Assembly (NCBI GenBank): GCA_038891055.1
Contig: JAWAEU010000006.1
Span: 974-64,973, forward strand
Direction: 5' to 3'
Source of the DNA: Candidatus Anstonellaceae archaeon
Lineage (GTDB): Archaea > Micrarchaeota > Micrarchaeia > Anstonellales > Anstonellaceae
Length of the DNA stretch: 64,000 nucleotides
Within the stretch, counting starts at the first letter, position 1, and the number at the start of each line of letters is the position of its first letter. Both the position numbers and the translations under genes were made by a program. Positions 29,401 to 37,597 of this stretch are shown here, piece by piece. Under the pieces are notes generated by a model. That model saw only the letters and a list, made by a program, of their open reading frames with translations. It ran no database searches and had not been told where the DNA came from.

Positions 29401-29633
29401 TCTGAAAAATTAAAAATGCAAGGATCCTCTGGATTTGATGGGCAATCCAAAACTAAAAATCCATAATAAGAGGGGGAAATTTTATTGAAGCTCTCCACAC
29501 TTCCTTCAGCTAAATTATCTGGATCTGGAGGATTAGAAGAATTATAAAAGTAAACTAGAGGTGGAGTGAGAGGGGGAGGTACTTGCGCAACAAACACTCC
29601 CAAAAATAATATTAAAAAAAATAATTTTTTCAT
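26445..29633 (-). CDS. Polytopic membrane protein, paralog 5, with a ~690-aa N-terminal extracellular region
   Basis: Signal peptide; FMIGNLFSNPRLLEWSKRE; LPVGLFFRCMPFLKNVG..MIAIGIGFY..FP; LGGDID at the C-terminus. Confidence 0.75.
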   Translation of the reverse strand: MKKLFFLILFLGVFVAQVPPPLTPPLVYFYNSSNPPDPDNLAEGSVESFNKISPSYYGFLVLDCPSNPEDPCIFNFSEISLSESPNLDSRSKLVFCNQRFRQNLCYVIVEADSRKIIPFAYLSDPYDNFTKIISPISDEIYLIYRLNITKGTASQYFPLVVKKYKFEHYPPNISLIENNINFCRTKINLRDDDELSTQIINLPFEIQINNGSYCRGVVVINGNTTYRSDNSSCDPELFSLLFRGNGSSDRNTDKKVGLDLNLTVTLNASYSPFRINWSNGDLSYNFSCQRGYQLLRIYDLSYDIRISRERGIFFEANASNPRSMRPTNFSTGFYLMGELEVIDSNDRKTTFLYKWNCTSENCTSGLFTPNPQYPLISNSDYFSPNFVNVSLLLNTSSICPNGDKDKLIFTLKAGSEPLDSSVIFENKTIKIYNGPCIGPIKFSADIYKSSKKEGRALSFMVPNSKIKENEYIIIKIKNLENSPKAVIEVRATLFNGETVDFTNFIVPDRFPYYIFLDTYYDIKQLSVLVYPFTDSKKGVYKSFEFALERPILAIDKVLVGGQQLDSEKQKDLEKNSRLFLDDNKNIDINFVFLTPQDIRDYDFDSYIVPITSGGGCEGKLVEKTKDYLKLVVKFKEKGCLLKVRGKVLDSVTHKTFTFSDFLIIKLYSKDVFVPQTPQSFCSEKEVITSQYYKFFLVGIASIVFVIAIAFMIGNLFSNPRLLEWSKREITEVILLGVFLVLVGQLLVLNCEKYVNISSISNLFGLEPLKTVHMDTSIAEFAQNTLYYLSERIHSTIIILRRDIAYFHISGSAYTYSGESIIVEIIRKSAQMTFGQNENPHSFSYNYMAVFNFLLNLNNFYLFNVLTHYFLLFFLSSSSGLIIFLLPVGLFFRCMPFLKNVGAAMIAIGIGFYILFPFGYALYGLLLENIHTKLAIHCLVFNSDDVCKDSSTINRIKIDSFIINKFSYLADLVEVGSFTKDTFPNSDAIFKYGEDKKTLQPIFPKSKESFSPNLNIYIGLSAINFILAFFIPSIILLAVLSFVRDLASILGGDIDVSKLAYLA

Positions 29634-29634
29634 A

Positions 29635-30738
29635 TTAAGACAACCTTGATAAAATTGATAAATCTATTTCCAAACCTAAGCCATGGGCAATTGCTGAAGA
29701 GAAGGAAAGAGTGAGAGAAAGAGCTAAAAGTGGAATGAAGATGGATTTTAGAAGTACAAAGCTTAGAATTTTATCTGAATTGCTATTAAGATAATTTAAA
29801 ACAAAATTAGCAGTGTTTGGTATATCCAAGGAATTATAACTTTTTGGATCACATGAGACTGAATCTGGAATAGAATTTTCTAAGTCAGCATTCTGAAGAG
29901 TTATAGAATTTCCCTTTATTATTTTATGAAAATAAGAGCCATAATAGACATTATAATAATCCAGCAAAATTAAAAGAGAGGTGGGGAAAACAAAATAAAA
30001 TGAAATACAAAGAGAGACTAAAAATATACCAACCTTTCTGGTGAGATTAAAAAATGCTAAAAATAACCCTATTGGAAATAAGATACAGATTATTTGATTT
30101 GCAAAAATATTCAAGAAAAATTTAGTAAAGTAAATGCCAAAAGAAGCCGTAGAGATTGCAGTATAGAGCATATTTAGTGGTCCTCGAAGAGAAGAAAAAG
30201 TAGAACATACTCCAATACCAAAACCATTTCCATAGAAATTAAAGTAATAACTCTTAGAAGATTCAATTGCTATTGACTCTGCAAATTTATCTAACCTGTC
30301 ATTTAAAACTTTTAGGAGTTTATTATTTTCCTCTACTAATATAAATGCCTTTTGCTGTACAGTTATATTCTCCTGACTGACCTTTAGAGATTTGATATCA
30401 ATATAATTATAATTACTACTAAATCTGTTGCTCCATCCACTTGGATCTAAATTGAATGACTTAGCCAAATTTTTAGAAATAGGATTGAAAGACAATAGAA
30501 CAAAGACTAATATTAAAACCAAAATTGCCAAACTCTCGATTTCTTTTATTGCTAAGAACTTTAAATCTTGAAAATTAAACAAAGACCCTATAATCAAAAG
30601 AATTGCTATTATAGAAATTGCTATTGAGATTGAAACAAAGAGAGAGTTAAATAAACAGCTATTTTTAGGTGCATAATACTGAGCAAAAAGCAAATTTGAT
30701 AAAAATAAAAACAAAAATAAAAATCTGCTCGATCTCAT
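29635..30738 (-). CDS. Polytopic membrane protein, paralog 4
   Basis: IIGSLFNFQDLKFLAIKE; FPIGLFLAFFNLTRKVG...S..ISFY..FP; LGLEIDL at the C-terminus. Confidence 0.75.
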   Translation of the reverse strand: MRSSRFLFLFLFLSNLLFAQYYAPKNSCLFNSLFVSISIAISIIAILLIIGSLFNFQDLKFLAIKEIESLAILVLILVFVLLSFNPISKNLAKSFNLDPSGWSNRFSSNYNYIDIKSLKVSQENITVQQKAFILVEENNKLLKVLNDRLDKFAESIAIESSKSYYFNFYGNGFGIGVCSTFSSLRGPLNMLYTAISTASFGIYFTKFFLNIFANQIICILFPIGLFLAFFNLTRKVGIFLVSLCISFYFVFPTSLLILLDYYNVYYGSYFHKIIKGNSITLQNADLENSIPDSVSCDPKSYNSLDIPNTANFVLNYLNSNSDKILSFVLLKSIFIPLLALSLTLSFSSAIAHGLGLEIDLSILSRLS

Positions 30739-33700
30739 TTAAATCAACTTAAACAAGCCTGGGATTTCTATATCTCCACCTAAAAATATCGAAGTGCTTC
30801 TTATAAATGAGAGTAAAATCACAATAGAAAATGATGGTAGGATGATTGAAGGAATTAACAAAAGTCCAATTCTTATCCATCCAGTTTGAGTATAAAGCCC
30901 TTCTGCAGAAGTTGCAAAATTTAAAAGGTTTGACAGACTTACCCCCCCACTAGAACTACAGATATCACAATCTTGTCTAACATAAGGTAAATACTGGCAC
31001 TCTCTTTTACAATTTTCTATGCAGCCTTCGCAAGGATCTTTCTCAAAAGAGAAAATTCTACATTGCTTAGCATGAAAATCATCACATGAATAATCTACAT
31101 TCTCAATAAGTTCATTGAGGCTCTTTTCTTTTCCTTCCGGATCACAACCATAAGAAAGCTGGTTGTCTAAAAGTGAGGGGTCGATTCTACAGCGAATTGG
31201 GCAACCAATTGCTTTTTTAGATGGAATTGCACAGCTCTGACTAGAGGAAGATGGATTTACTTTTATAAAACATTTATCACAATTCAAACCACTTAAAATA
31301 AAATAGAGAGAACCCTTAGAAGGATCTAAACCAAATATTCTATAAACAACTGGACATAACTGGCAATTATCATCTGACTTTATAGTTTGTTTTGTTACCC
31401 CACCAACCTTTGTTGAAAAATCTACAGATGTGTCAACTACATTATGAAAAGCTAAGCCTGGCATTGCCCTTGCATTATAGGAGGCAAAACAGATTGGATT
31501 AATAGCACTAATCACAACTGACCTTCCACCATAATTAATTGAATAATTTCCACAAAAGACATAATTTGGATTTGCATTAGTATCGATAGTTCCACATTCT
31601 CTATAATCAGAATATCCAGAAGCTGCGATTAAATAATCCAACCCTGCATATTTTGAACCTGGGCTACAGTTGTAGGGCTGATAGCCAAGCTCTAAGCTAA
31701 AGTTTATATAAAGTCTTTGTCCTTGTTGAGTATAACTACAATAATCTTCCCACCAATGATTTTGTGCTACAGTTCCATCCGGTTTAGTATCCCCTCTTCT
31801 ATATGTTGTAGAATTATACACTACGATAGATTTATTACAAAGTGGGTTAGAATGACTCTTGTTCAGAGGAATGGAGTCAATTCTCACCCAATAATTCCCT
31901 CCTCTCAGTTGATTACAACTATAAGCCTCGTTTTGGCAATAAGATAAATCATTAGACCTTATTAAACCATTACAAAATGGGTCACAGTTATGAGAGGGAT
32001 TGGAGCTTTCAAATTTTAATGTGAAATTACCACATTCCACGAGATTGAGGTTTTTTAGCTCATCATACCTACAAGAGTAAGGACAAGCACTTCCATTAAT
32101 CATCGCTCTATCTTTAGAATTACTCTCGATATATTCGCCACACATCTCAAATCCTCTCTGAGAGGAAGAAGGAATACTTAAAATAGGATAGCAAGCAAAG
32201 TTTTCTAAATTTGCAGGATTAGAATTTAAGGCAGAAAGAGAAGGGAAATAAGAGCTATCCACTCCCTTTGGTAAATAGTAAGAGGAGGAATAATTTAAAA
32301 CCACCAATAGGGTGTAGTTATTATCATAAAATTGTTTAGTTCTTTGGTCAAAGTTACAGTTTGAAATACTAAAATCTATTCTTGAATATCTGTTAGAGAT
32401 ATCTAATAGAGTAGCAAATTTGGGCCAAGTTAAAATAAAACATTGGGCTCTACAAAATGGAGAAGAGCAAAATTTTTGCACATCTTTATCAAGAGTACAG
32501 TCAATGGATACAAATGGATTTGATTTTACTCTAACAGAATTTTGGTCATCATTCCAAGTATTTAAAAAAACAAATCTACTATCTCTTGCCAGAAAGTCTG
32601 GACAAAAAACTTCATCTTTTAGAGATTGATATGCTATTCTAACAGGGGAAATAGATGGGACTTTTGTGCCAGCGTATAAATTATAACCTTGGCAATTTTC
32701 ATAATAACCTTGGCTATTGTACGAAGTACATTCTATATACCTAGAAGGATCAAAATGACAATCATGTATAAGAAAAGATTTAGAATAAAAAGCTGCAAAT
32801 AGAGGATTGTTTGTATCAATAGCAATTTTGGCTATTGAGGAGGGATTTAAAAATCTACAAGAAGGTGGACAGCGAATACAATTTAATAAATTTTCATCAG
32901 TTATTTTTCCATTAGAAAATTTAGGGGGAGGAGAACAAATAGAATAGTCCATATAAACTGAGTTTAGAAATTTGCTAACATTTATCTTACAGCTGTTGGG
33001 GCATCGATTGCAAGCCTTTGAAAACATTCCCTCTTCACAATATTTCTCAAATATCGGGTCTTTATATTCTTTAGAATTTTCATCAAAATAAAGCCTGCAA
33101 TCCAATGGGCAGACATTTGAATTTCCACTATCTCTTAAATTTCTAATACTTAGAGGAAGACCACACAATTCAGTACAACTATCAGAAGCTTCTAGTGGAG
33201 AATAAAACATACAAATTGGCAAATCTGAGGAATCTCTATAGTTTAGGCAATCTTGGCAATTCTTACATTCTACTTTATTTTTAAATACCAATTCTATTTT
33301 TCCATCGTTTAATTTTGTATATACCCTGCAAACTGATGGACAATCTTTACATTTTTCTGCACATTCAAATCGATTAGTAGTTAAAGAATTAGAATTCTTG
33401 GGAACTTTTGTTGTAATTCCGATAGAGTTTTTATCGGCAGGAGAAAACGATTTAGAATAATCGATTTCTGGATAGCGATATTTACAGGAGATAGGACAAT
33501 CTCTACAATTAGAAGGATTGCTACAGTACATATCATTTGACTCATAATAAGAAGTATAGTTTTCTAAACCCATCGCTCTAATAAATTTGCAGGCATGAGG
33601 TAGATTGTTACATGCAGTTTCATTGCAAACCTTCAAATCAGTTGGCAAAAACCTGCAGCCCTCTGGGCAGTTTTTAGAATCAGCAACTTTTATTTTTCCT

Positions 33701-34785
33701 ATAACTTTTTGTTCGTCTTCGTCCTCTACAAAACAGGGCTGAATTCCTTGACTAAGTAAATACTCGTATAGATCTTTATCTTTATTTTTCTCATCCTCTG
33801 ACTTTTTTTCTATTAATTGTATTAAATCATAGTAAGAAATAAAGGATGAAGGCATATAAATTCCAGCAGGGTTAATAGAGGTATTATAAGCTATAGGCGG
33901 ATTTAAATCGCACTCTTTTGGACAAATTGATTCATTTTGATCTACTCCTTGGGAGCCAAAAATTGCACCTCTAAAAGTAAACCAAGAGATTAAATAAGTT
34001 AGAGGCCAAATTAGAAATAAACCAATTCCAATAGCTATTAACAAACCACCTAATCTTCTAGTGACAAATAAAGTTCTAAATAATACCCCTATAAAAATTA
34101 AGAATGGACCAAAAACAGGTGCTATAAAATTCAAAAATGCTTTTTGTGCTAAGAGTGAGATTAAAAAGGAAGATAAAAATTGCCCTTCTGTTGTTTTTAT
34201 TTCAACATCTAACCTTTTAAATGCTGCAGGTCTGCTACTTTCTTGATATCCAAGATCCCATATATTCATAGAAGAACCTCTGGAAAAAAATGTTTCTCGT
34301 CCTGCTTCTATAGATTCTTTCAAATTAACTTTTAGGGAGTTATCTGTTAATTTAATTAGAGTGTCCAGATAACAATTAGAATATTCCATATACCGAGGTA
34401 TATCTTTATTATAAATATAATTAGAGGGACAGGGGGAAACAAGAAAATTAGAAGAGTTGATTATAAGCTGATCTAAAAATAAGATTACGCCTAAAATAGT
34501 TGTGATTAAAATTGAAGTTACAAAAAGTTGCCCTATTTCAGTTTTTATTAAAACTTTTATCTCTGGGATATCAAAAAAAGAGGCTCCAAAATAACCTATT
34601 ACTAAAAGAGCTATAGATATAGATAAAAATAAAATTAAAAATACAAAAAAGTTTGATAAAATTAAAGAAATTGGGTTATAACTTTTTCCAAGATAACTTA
34701 CAAAATCTAAATAACTTTTTTCTAAATCATTCTGAGAAAAACAATATCCAATCAAAAATAAAAATAAAACTATTAGTTTTTTCAT
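30739..34785 (-). CDS. Polytopic membrane protein, paralog 3, with a ~1000-aa Cys-rich insertion
   Basis: ATG 34785 preferred (GTG 34797 is the alternative); IGVLFRTLFVTRRLGGLLIAIGIGLFLIWP; CPxxC(R/K) repeats; LGGDIE at the C-terminus. Confidence 0.75.
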   Translation of the reverse strand: MKKLIVLFLFLIGYCFSQNDLEKSYLDFVSYLGKSYNPISLILSNFFVFLILFLSISIALLVIGYFGASFFDIPEIKVLIKTEIGQLFVTSILITTILGVILFLDQLIINSSNFLVSPCPSNYIYNKDIPRYMEYSNCYLDTLIKLTDNSLKVNLKESIEAGRETFFSRGSSMNIWDLGYQESSRPAAFKRLDVEIKTTEGQFLSSFLISLLAQKAFLNFIAPVFGPFLIFIGVLFRTLFVTRRLGGLLIAIGIGLFLIWPLTYLISWFTFRGAIFGSQGVDQNESICPKECDLNPPIAYNTSINPAGIYMPSSFISYYDLIQLIEKKSEDEKNKDKDLYEYLLSQGIQPCFVEDEDEQKVIGKIKVADSKNCPEGCRFLPTDLKVCNETACNNLPHACKFIRAMGLENYTSYYESNDMYCSNPSNCRDCPISCKYRYPEIDYSKSFSPADKNSIGITTKVPKNSNSLTTNRFECAEKCKDCPSVCRVYTKLNDGKIELVFKNKVECKNCQDCLNYRDSSDLPICMFYSPLEASDSCTELCGLPLSIRNLRDSGNSNVCPLDCRLYFDENSKEYKDPIFEKYCEEGMFSKACNRCPNSCKINVSKFLNSVYMDYSICSPPPKFSNGKITDENLLNCIRCPPSCRFLNPSSIAKIAIDTNNPLFAAFYSKSFLIHDCHFDPSRYIECTSYNSQGYYENCQGYNLYAGTKVPSISPVRIAYQSLKDEVFCPDFLARDSRFVFLNTWNDDQNSVRVKSNPFVSIDCTLDKDVQKFCSSPFCRAQCFILTWPKFATLLDISNRYSRIDFSISNCNFDQRTKQFYDNNYTLLVVLNYSSSYYLPKGVDSSYFPSLSALNSNPANLENFACYPILSIPSSSQRGFEMCGEYIESNSKDRAMINGSACPYSCRYDELKNLNLVECGNFTLKFESSNPSHNCDPFCNGLIRSNDLSYCQNEAYSCNQLRGGNYWVRIDSIPLNKSHSNPLCNKSIVVYNSTTYRRGDTKPDGTVAQNHWWEDYCSYTQQGQRLYINFSLELGYQPYNCSPGSKYAGLDYLIAASGYSDYRECGTIDTNANPNYVFCGNYSINYGGRSVVISAINPICFASYNARAMPGLAFHNVVDTSVDFSTKVGGVTKQTIKSDDNCQLCPVVYRIFGLDPSKGSLYFILSGLNCDKCFIKVNPSSSSQSCAIPSKKAIGCPIRCRIDPSLLDNQLSYGCDPEGKEKSLNELIENVDYSCDDFHAKQCRIFSFEKDPCEGCIENCKRECQYLPYVRQDCDICSSSGGVSLSNLLNFATSAEGLYTQTGWIRIGLLLIPSIILPSFSIVILLSFIRSTSIFLGGDIEIPGLFKLI

Positions 34786-34789
34786 ATTT

Positions 34790-35749
34790 CTACCCACTAA
34801 AAAATCCTTTTAAACCTTTAAATACCCCTATTGTTGCAGTAATCACAAGAACTAAAACTAAATTTGGTATGAAGACAGCTAAAATTGTGAGAAATGCTAC
34901 AAAATTCAACGAATCATTTATTGTGCTATCTCCAAGATTTATTATATTGTTGAGTGCAGAAGGATCTGAAGTTTGGAAAGTTTTTTCAATAGAGACAAAG
35001 CAAAAAACATAAGTTAGTGGAATAAAAATATAGGATGAAATAGAAAAAGCTATTATAAAATCACCTGCATCTCTCAATAGAGGGAAAATCCTCAAAAAAA
35101 TTCCTGCAGGTAAAATAAAAGCACTTAGCATAACAAAAAGATTTTCTACAACAAATTTTTGTGCATAAATTGAAGCCAAAAGAGGGACTAAATAAGAATT
35201 TAGGATTTCCATATAGCTTGCCCACTCTCTTTTTCCTGCCAAAAAATATACTCCAAAATTTCCTGAAAATTGCGCAATAGAATCTGCATTTGCATACAAT
35301 TCCATAGAGCTAAATTGGTTATTAAAAGATTCTTTTAACAGATATATTGATTTTGAAGTAGTAAGAGAAATAATCTTATCAAAATAATTTAGAATATAAA
35401 ATATTGGATCTTGTTTAATTGGTAAAAAGAATGAAGCAGCAAGACAAGAAAAATTAATTGCTCCTATAATTGTTAGTATTAAAATAACTGTCCAAAATAG
35501 AGTTAATCCTTCTGTTTTAGACCACATTAACAAATAAGGATTGTGTAACATATTACCTAATAGATAAGAAATAACCACTAATGAGATTACTAAAGCTATT
35601 GCTGCTAAAATTTGAGAGTTTATATTAAATAGTTGATCTGTGGAGTATTTGAAACATGTTATTGGACCAACTAATAGATTATCACTAGATTGAATAGATT
35701 GACAAACTGATAGCCCAAACAAAATTAAAAATATAAAGTACTTTTTCAT
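34790..35749 (-). CDS. Polytopic membrane protein, paralog 2
   Basis: YLLGNMLHNPYLLMWSKTE; LPAGIFLRIFPLLRDAG.FIIA..I..Y.FIP. Confidence 0.75.
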   Translation of the reverse strand: MKKYFIFLILFGLSVCQSIQSSDNLLVGPITCFKYSTDQLFNINSQILAAIALVISLVVISYLLGNMLHNPYLLMWSKTEGLTLFWTVILILTIIGAINFSCLAASFFLPIKQDPIFYILNYFDKIISLTTSKSIYLLKESFNNQFSSMELYANADSIAQFSGNFGVYFLAGKREWASYMEILNSYLVPLLASIYAQKFVVENLFVMLSAFILPAGIFLRIFPLLRDAGDFIIAFSISSYIFIPLTYVFCFVSIEKTFQTSDPSALNNIINLGDSTINDSLNFVAFLTILAVFIPNLVLVLVITATIGVFKGLKGFFSG

Positions 35750-35751
35750 AT

Positions 35752-36984
35752 TTATAACAACCTCTGCAAGGCAAATAAATTTCCTTCTTGACCCAAAATT
35801 GCAGAAAATTGTTTACCTAAAACTATAGTAAATGTAAACTGCATTATAATACAACTAAAGCTTAAAAGAGCAACTAAAACCAAATTTGGCAATACAAATT
35901 TTACTAATGGAACATAAAAATCTTCCACAATTTGTTGTGGGGGAAATACCCCATATGACCTAATTCCATCTCCAATAATAGTTGGAATAATGGCCCTTAT
36001 TAAATTAATAACAGCTTGTATAAAACTTGCAATTGGTTTTCCTCTTATGATTGGGGAAAGAATATCCTGAGTCTTCGGCTCTGCCTCACCAGGAGGTATT
36101 GCGGGAAAGAGTAAATTGATAAGCTGTGCAATATCCTGGGCAGGAATAGCAGTATCCATAACATAGAAAGGGGAAAGAAGATAAGCCCAGGCTTCCAATG
36201 AAGAATAATCTGGAAGCTCGATATCTGGAAAATCTAACTTGTTTGAATAATCTACAAATTTTTTATCTTCTGCAAGCTTTATAGAATAGTCAAATAATGC
36301 TGAACTTAGATCTACAGAAAGAGGAAAAATGAAAATAAAAGAAAGAGTATAACCTAAAATAAATCCTCCTATTTTTTTTGTGAAAGGTATAAATCTTAAT
36401 AAAACACCTAAAGGCAAAAGAAAATTAAAACTCAAGAAAGCTAAAAATAAAACAATGTTAAAAGTACCTCTTATCAAAAGAATTAGAGAAAAACAAAAAT
36501 CTATTGCATACATTAATTGGCTTAATATTAGATTTGTACCATAAGAATAAGATTTTCCTTCAGTATAAGAATAAGCAAAAAAAGATAACCCAATAAGCTT
36601 ATTGGTAGATAACCCTGCTTGAAAATTATAATTAAAAGTACTAAATTTTGAAAAAAGAAAACTATTTTTTATTAAAATTGAGGATTGCTCTAATAAGTAG
36701 GATAAAATAGTTTTATTTGCTATTTTTGGGTAGGGAGGAGATCCAAAATTATAGGAATAAAATGAAAAGTCACCAAAACGACTTTCATTTACTTTAAAAA
36801 AGTTGAAGATAAAAATTATTACAATGCAGACCCCAAAGAAAAAAAATAGATCTGCTAATTCTTTTTTTACCCAAACTTTCAAAAAAGAAGAGGAAAAAAA
36901 ATTAGCAAATAAAAAAGCTATAGCTAAGATAAAAGTTGAAATAAGAGTACCGTAAATAATTGCAGAATATATATCAAAAAACAT
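35752..36984 (-). CDS. Polytopic membrane protein, paralog 1
   Basis: FLFANFFSSSFLKVWVKKE; LPLGVLLRFIPFTKKIGG..LG..L.F...FP; LGQEGNL at the C-terminus. Confidence 0.75.
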   Translation of the reverse strand: MFFDIYSAIIYGTLISTFILAIAFLFANFFSSSFLKVWVKKELADLFFFFGVCIVIIFIFNFFKVNESRFGDFSFYSYNFGSPPYPKIANKTILSYLLEQSSILIKNSFLFSKFSTFNYNFQAGLSTNKLIGLSFFAYSYTEGKSYSYGTNLILSQLMYAIDFCFSLILLIRGTFNIVLFLAFLSFNFLLPLGVLLRFIPFTKKIGGFILGYTLSFIFIFPLSVDLSSALFDYSIKLAEDKKFVDYSNKLDFPDIELPDYSSLEAWAYLLSPFYVMDTAIPAQDIAQLINLLFPAIPPGEAEPKTQDILSPIIRGKPIASFIQAVINLIRAIIPTIIGDGIRSYGVFPPQQIVEDFYVPLVKFVLPNLVLVALLSFSCIIMQFTFTIVLGKQFSAILGQEGNLFALQRLL

Positions 36985-36988
36985 AATA

Positions 36989-37564
36989 TCATGTTTGTGT
37001 TGTTTTGTTTATTTTTTTAAAATATACATCTACTAAATTTTCAAGTGCTTCATGGATGTTTAGAAGTTTTTTTTGTGGTAAAATATAGAGGCGATCAATT
37101 TCATATTGGTCTTCTATTTTTTTAATAAAATGCAACAAAACACTACCATTACTATTATAAAATGTGCTGGCTAGACTAAACAATACGCAAATATCATAAT
37201 AAATTAAAAACTGTAGCAATAACCTTGAAAATTCTTCTTCTGAATTTTTTATTTCAAGAAACAATTTTTCTATATTTTGAAAATCAGAATTTAGTGCGTA
37301 TTTTTTTATGTTTTTTAGATAATCTGGAAAAGATTGATCAAGATAAGAATATAAGTTAACAAAGATTTTTTTAAAAGATATTGTGGCATACTTTTTTAAA
37401 AAAGGTTTCCCCATAATAGAAACTAAAAAGTTACCTGAAGATAAAAATAAAAGCTTTTGTCTTTTTTGATTTTCTAACTCTAAATTTCTAATTGCATCTA
37501 ATAAATCTTTTTTTGACTTTTTTATAATCGAATTTTCCAACGAACTAAAATCCAAATCAAACAT
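36989..37564 (-). CDS. Hypothetical soluble helical protein in the membrane operon
   Basis: ATG 37564 (GTG 37579 is the alternative); no signal peptide; 4 bp from the next gene. Confidence 0.6.
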   Translation of the reverse strand: MFDLDFSSLENSIIKKSKKDLLDAIRNLELENQKRQKLLFLSSGNFLVSIMGKPFLKKYATISFKKIFVNLYSYLDQSFPDYLKNIKKYALNSDFQNIEKLFLEIKNSEEEFSRLLLQFLIYYDICVLFSLASTFYNSNGSVLLHFIKKIEDQYEIDRLYILPQKKLLNIHEALENLVDVYFKKINKTTQT

Positions 37565-37597
37565 ACTTCCTCGACCCACAATTACCTATTTAAAGAA

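Noticed and set aside
30880-33945. CxxC-rich region as a multiheme cytochrome or polyferredoxin
   Set aside because: No CxxCH motifs and no CxxCxxCxxxCP ferredoxin spacing seen; the exported context favours disulfides.
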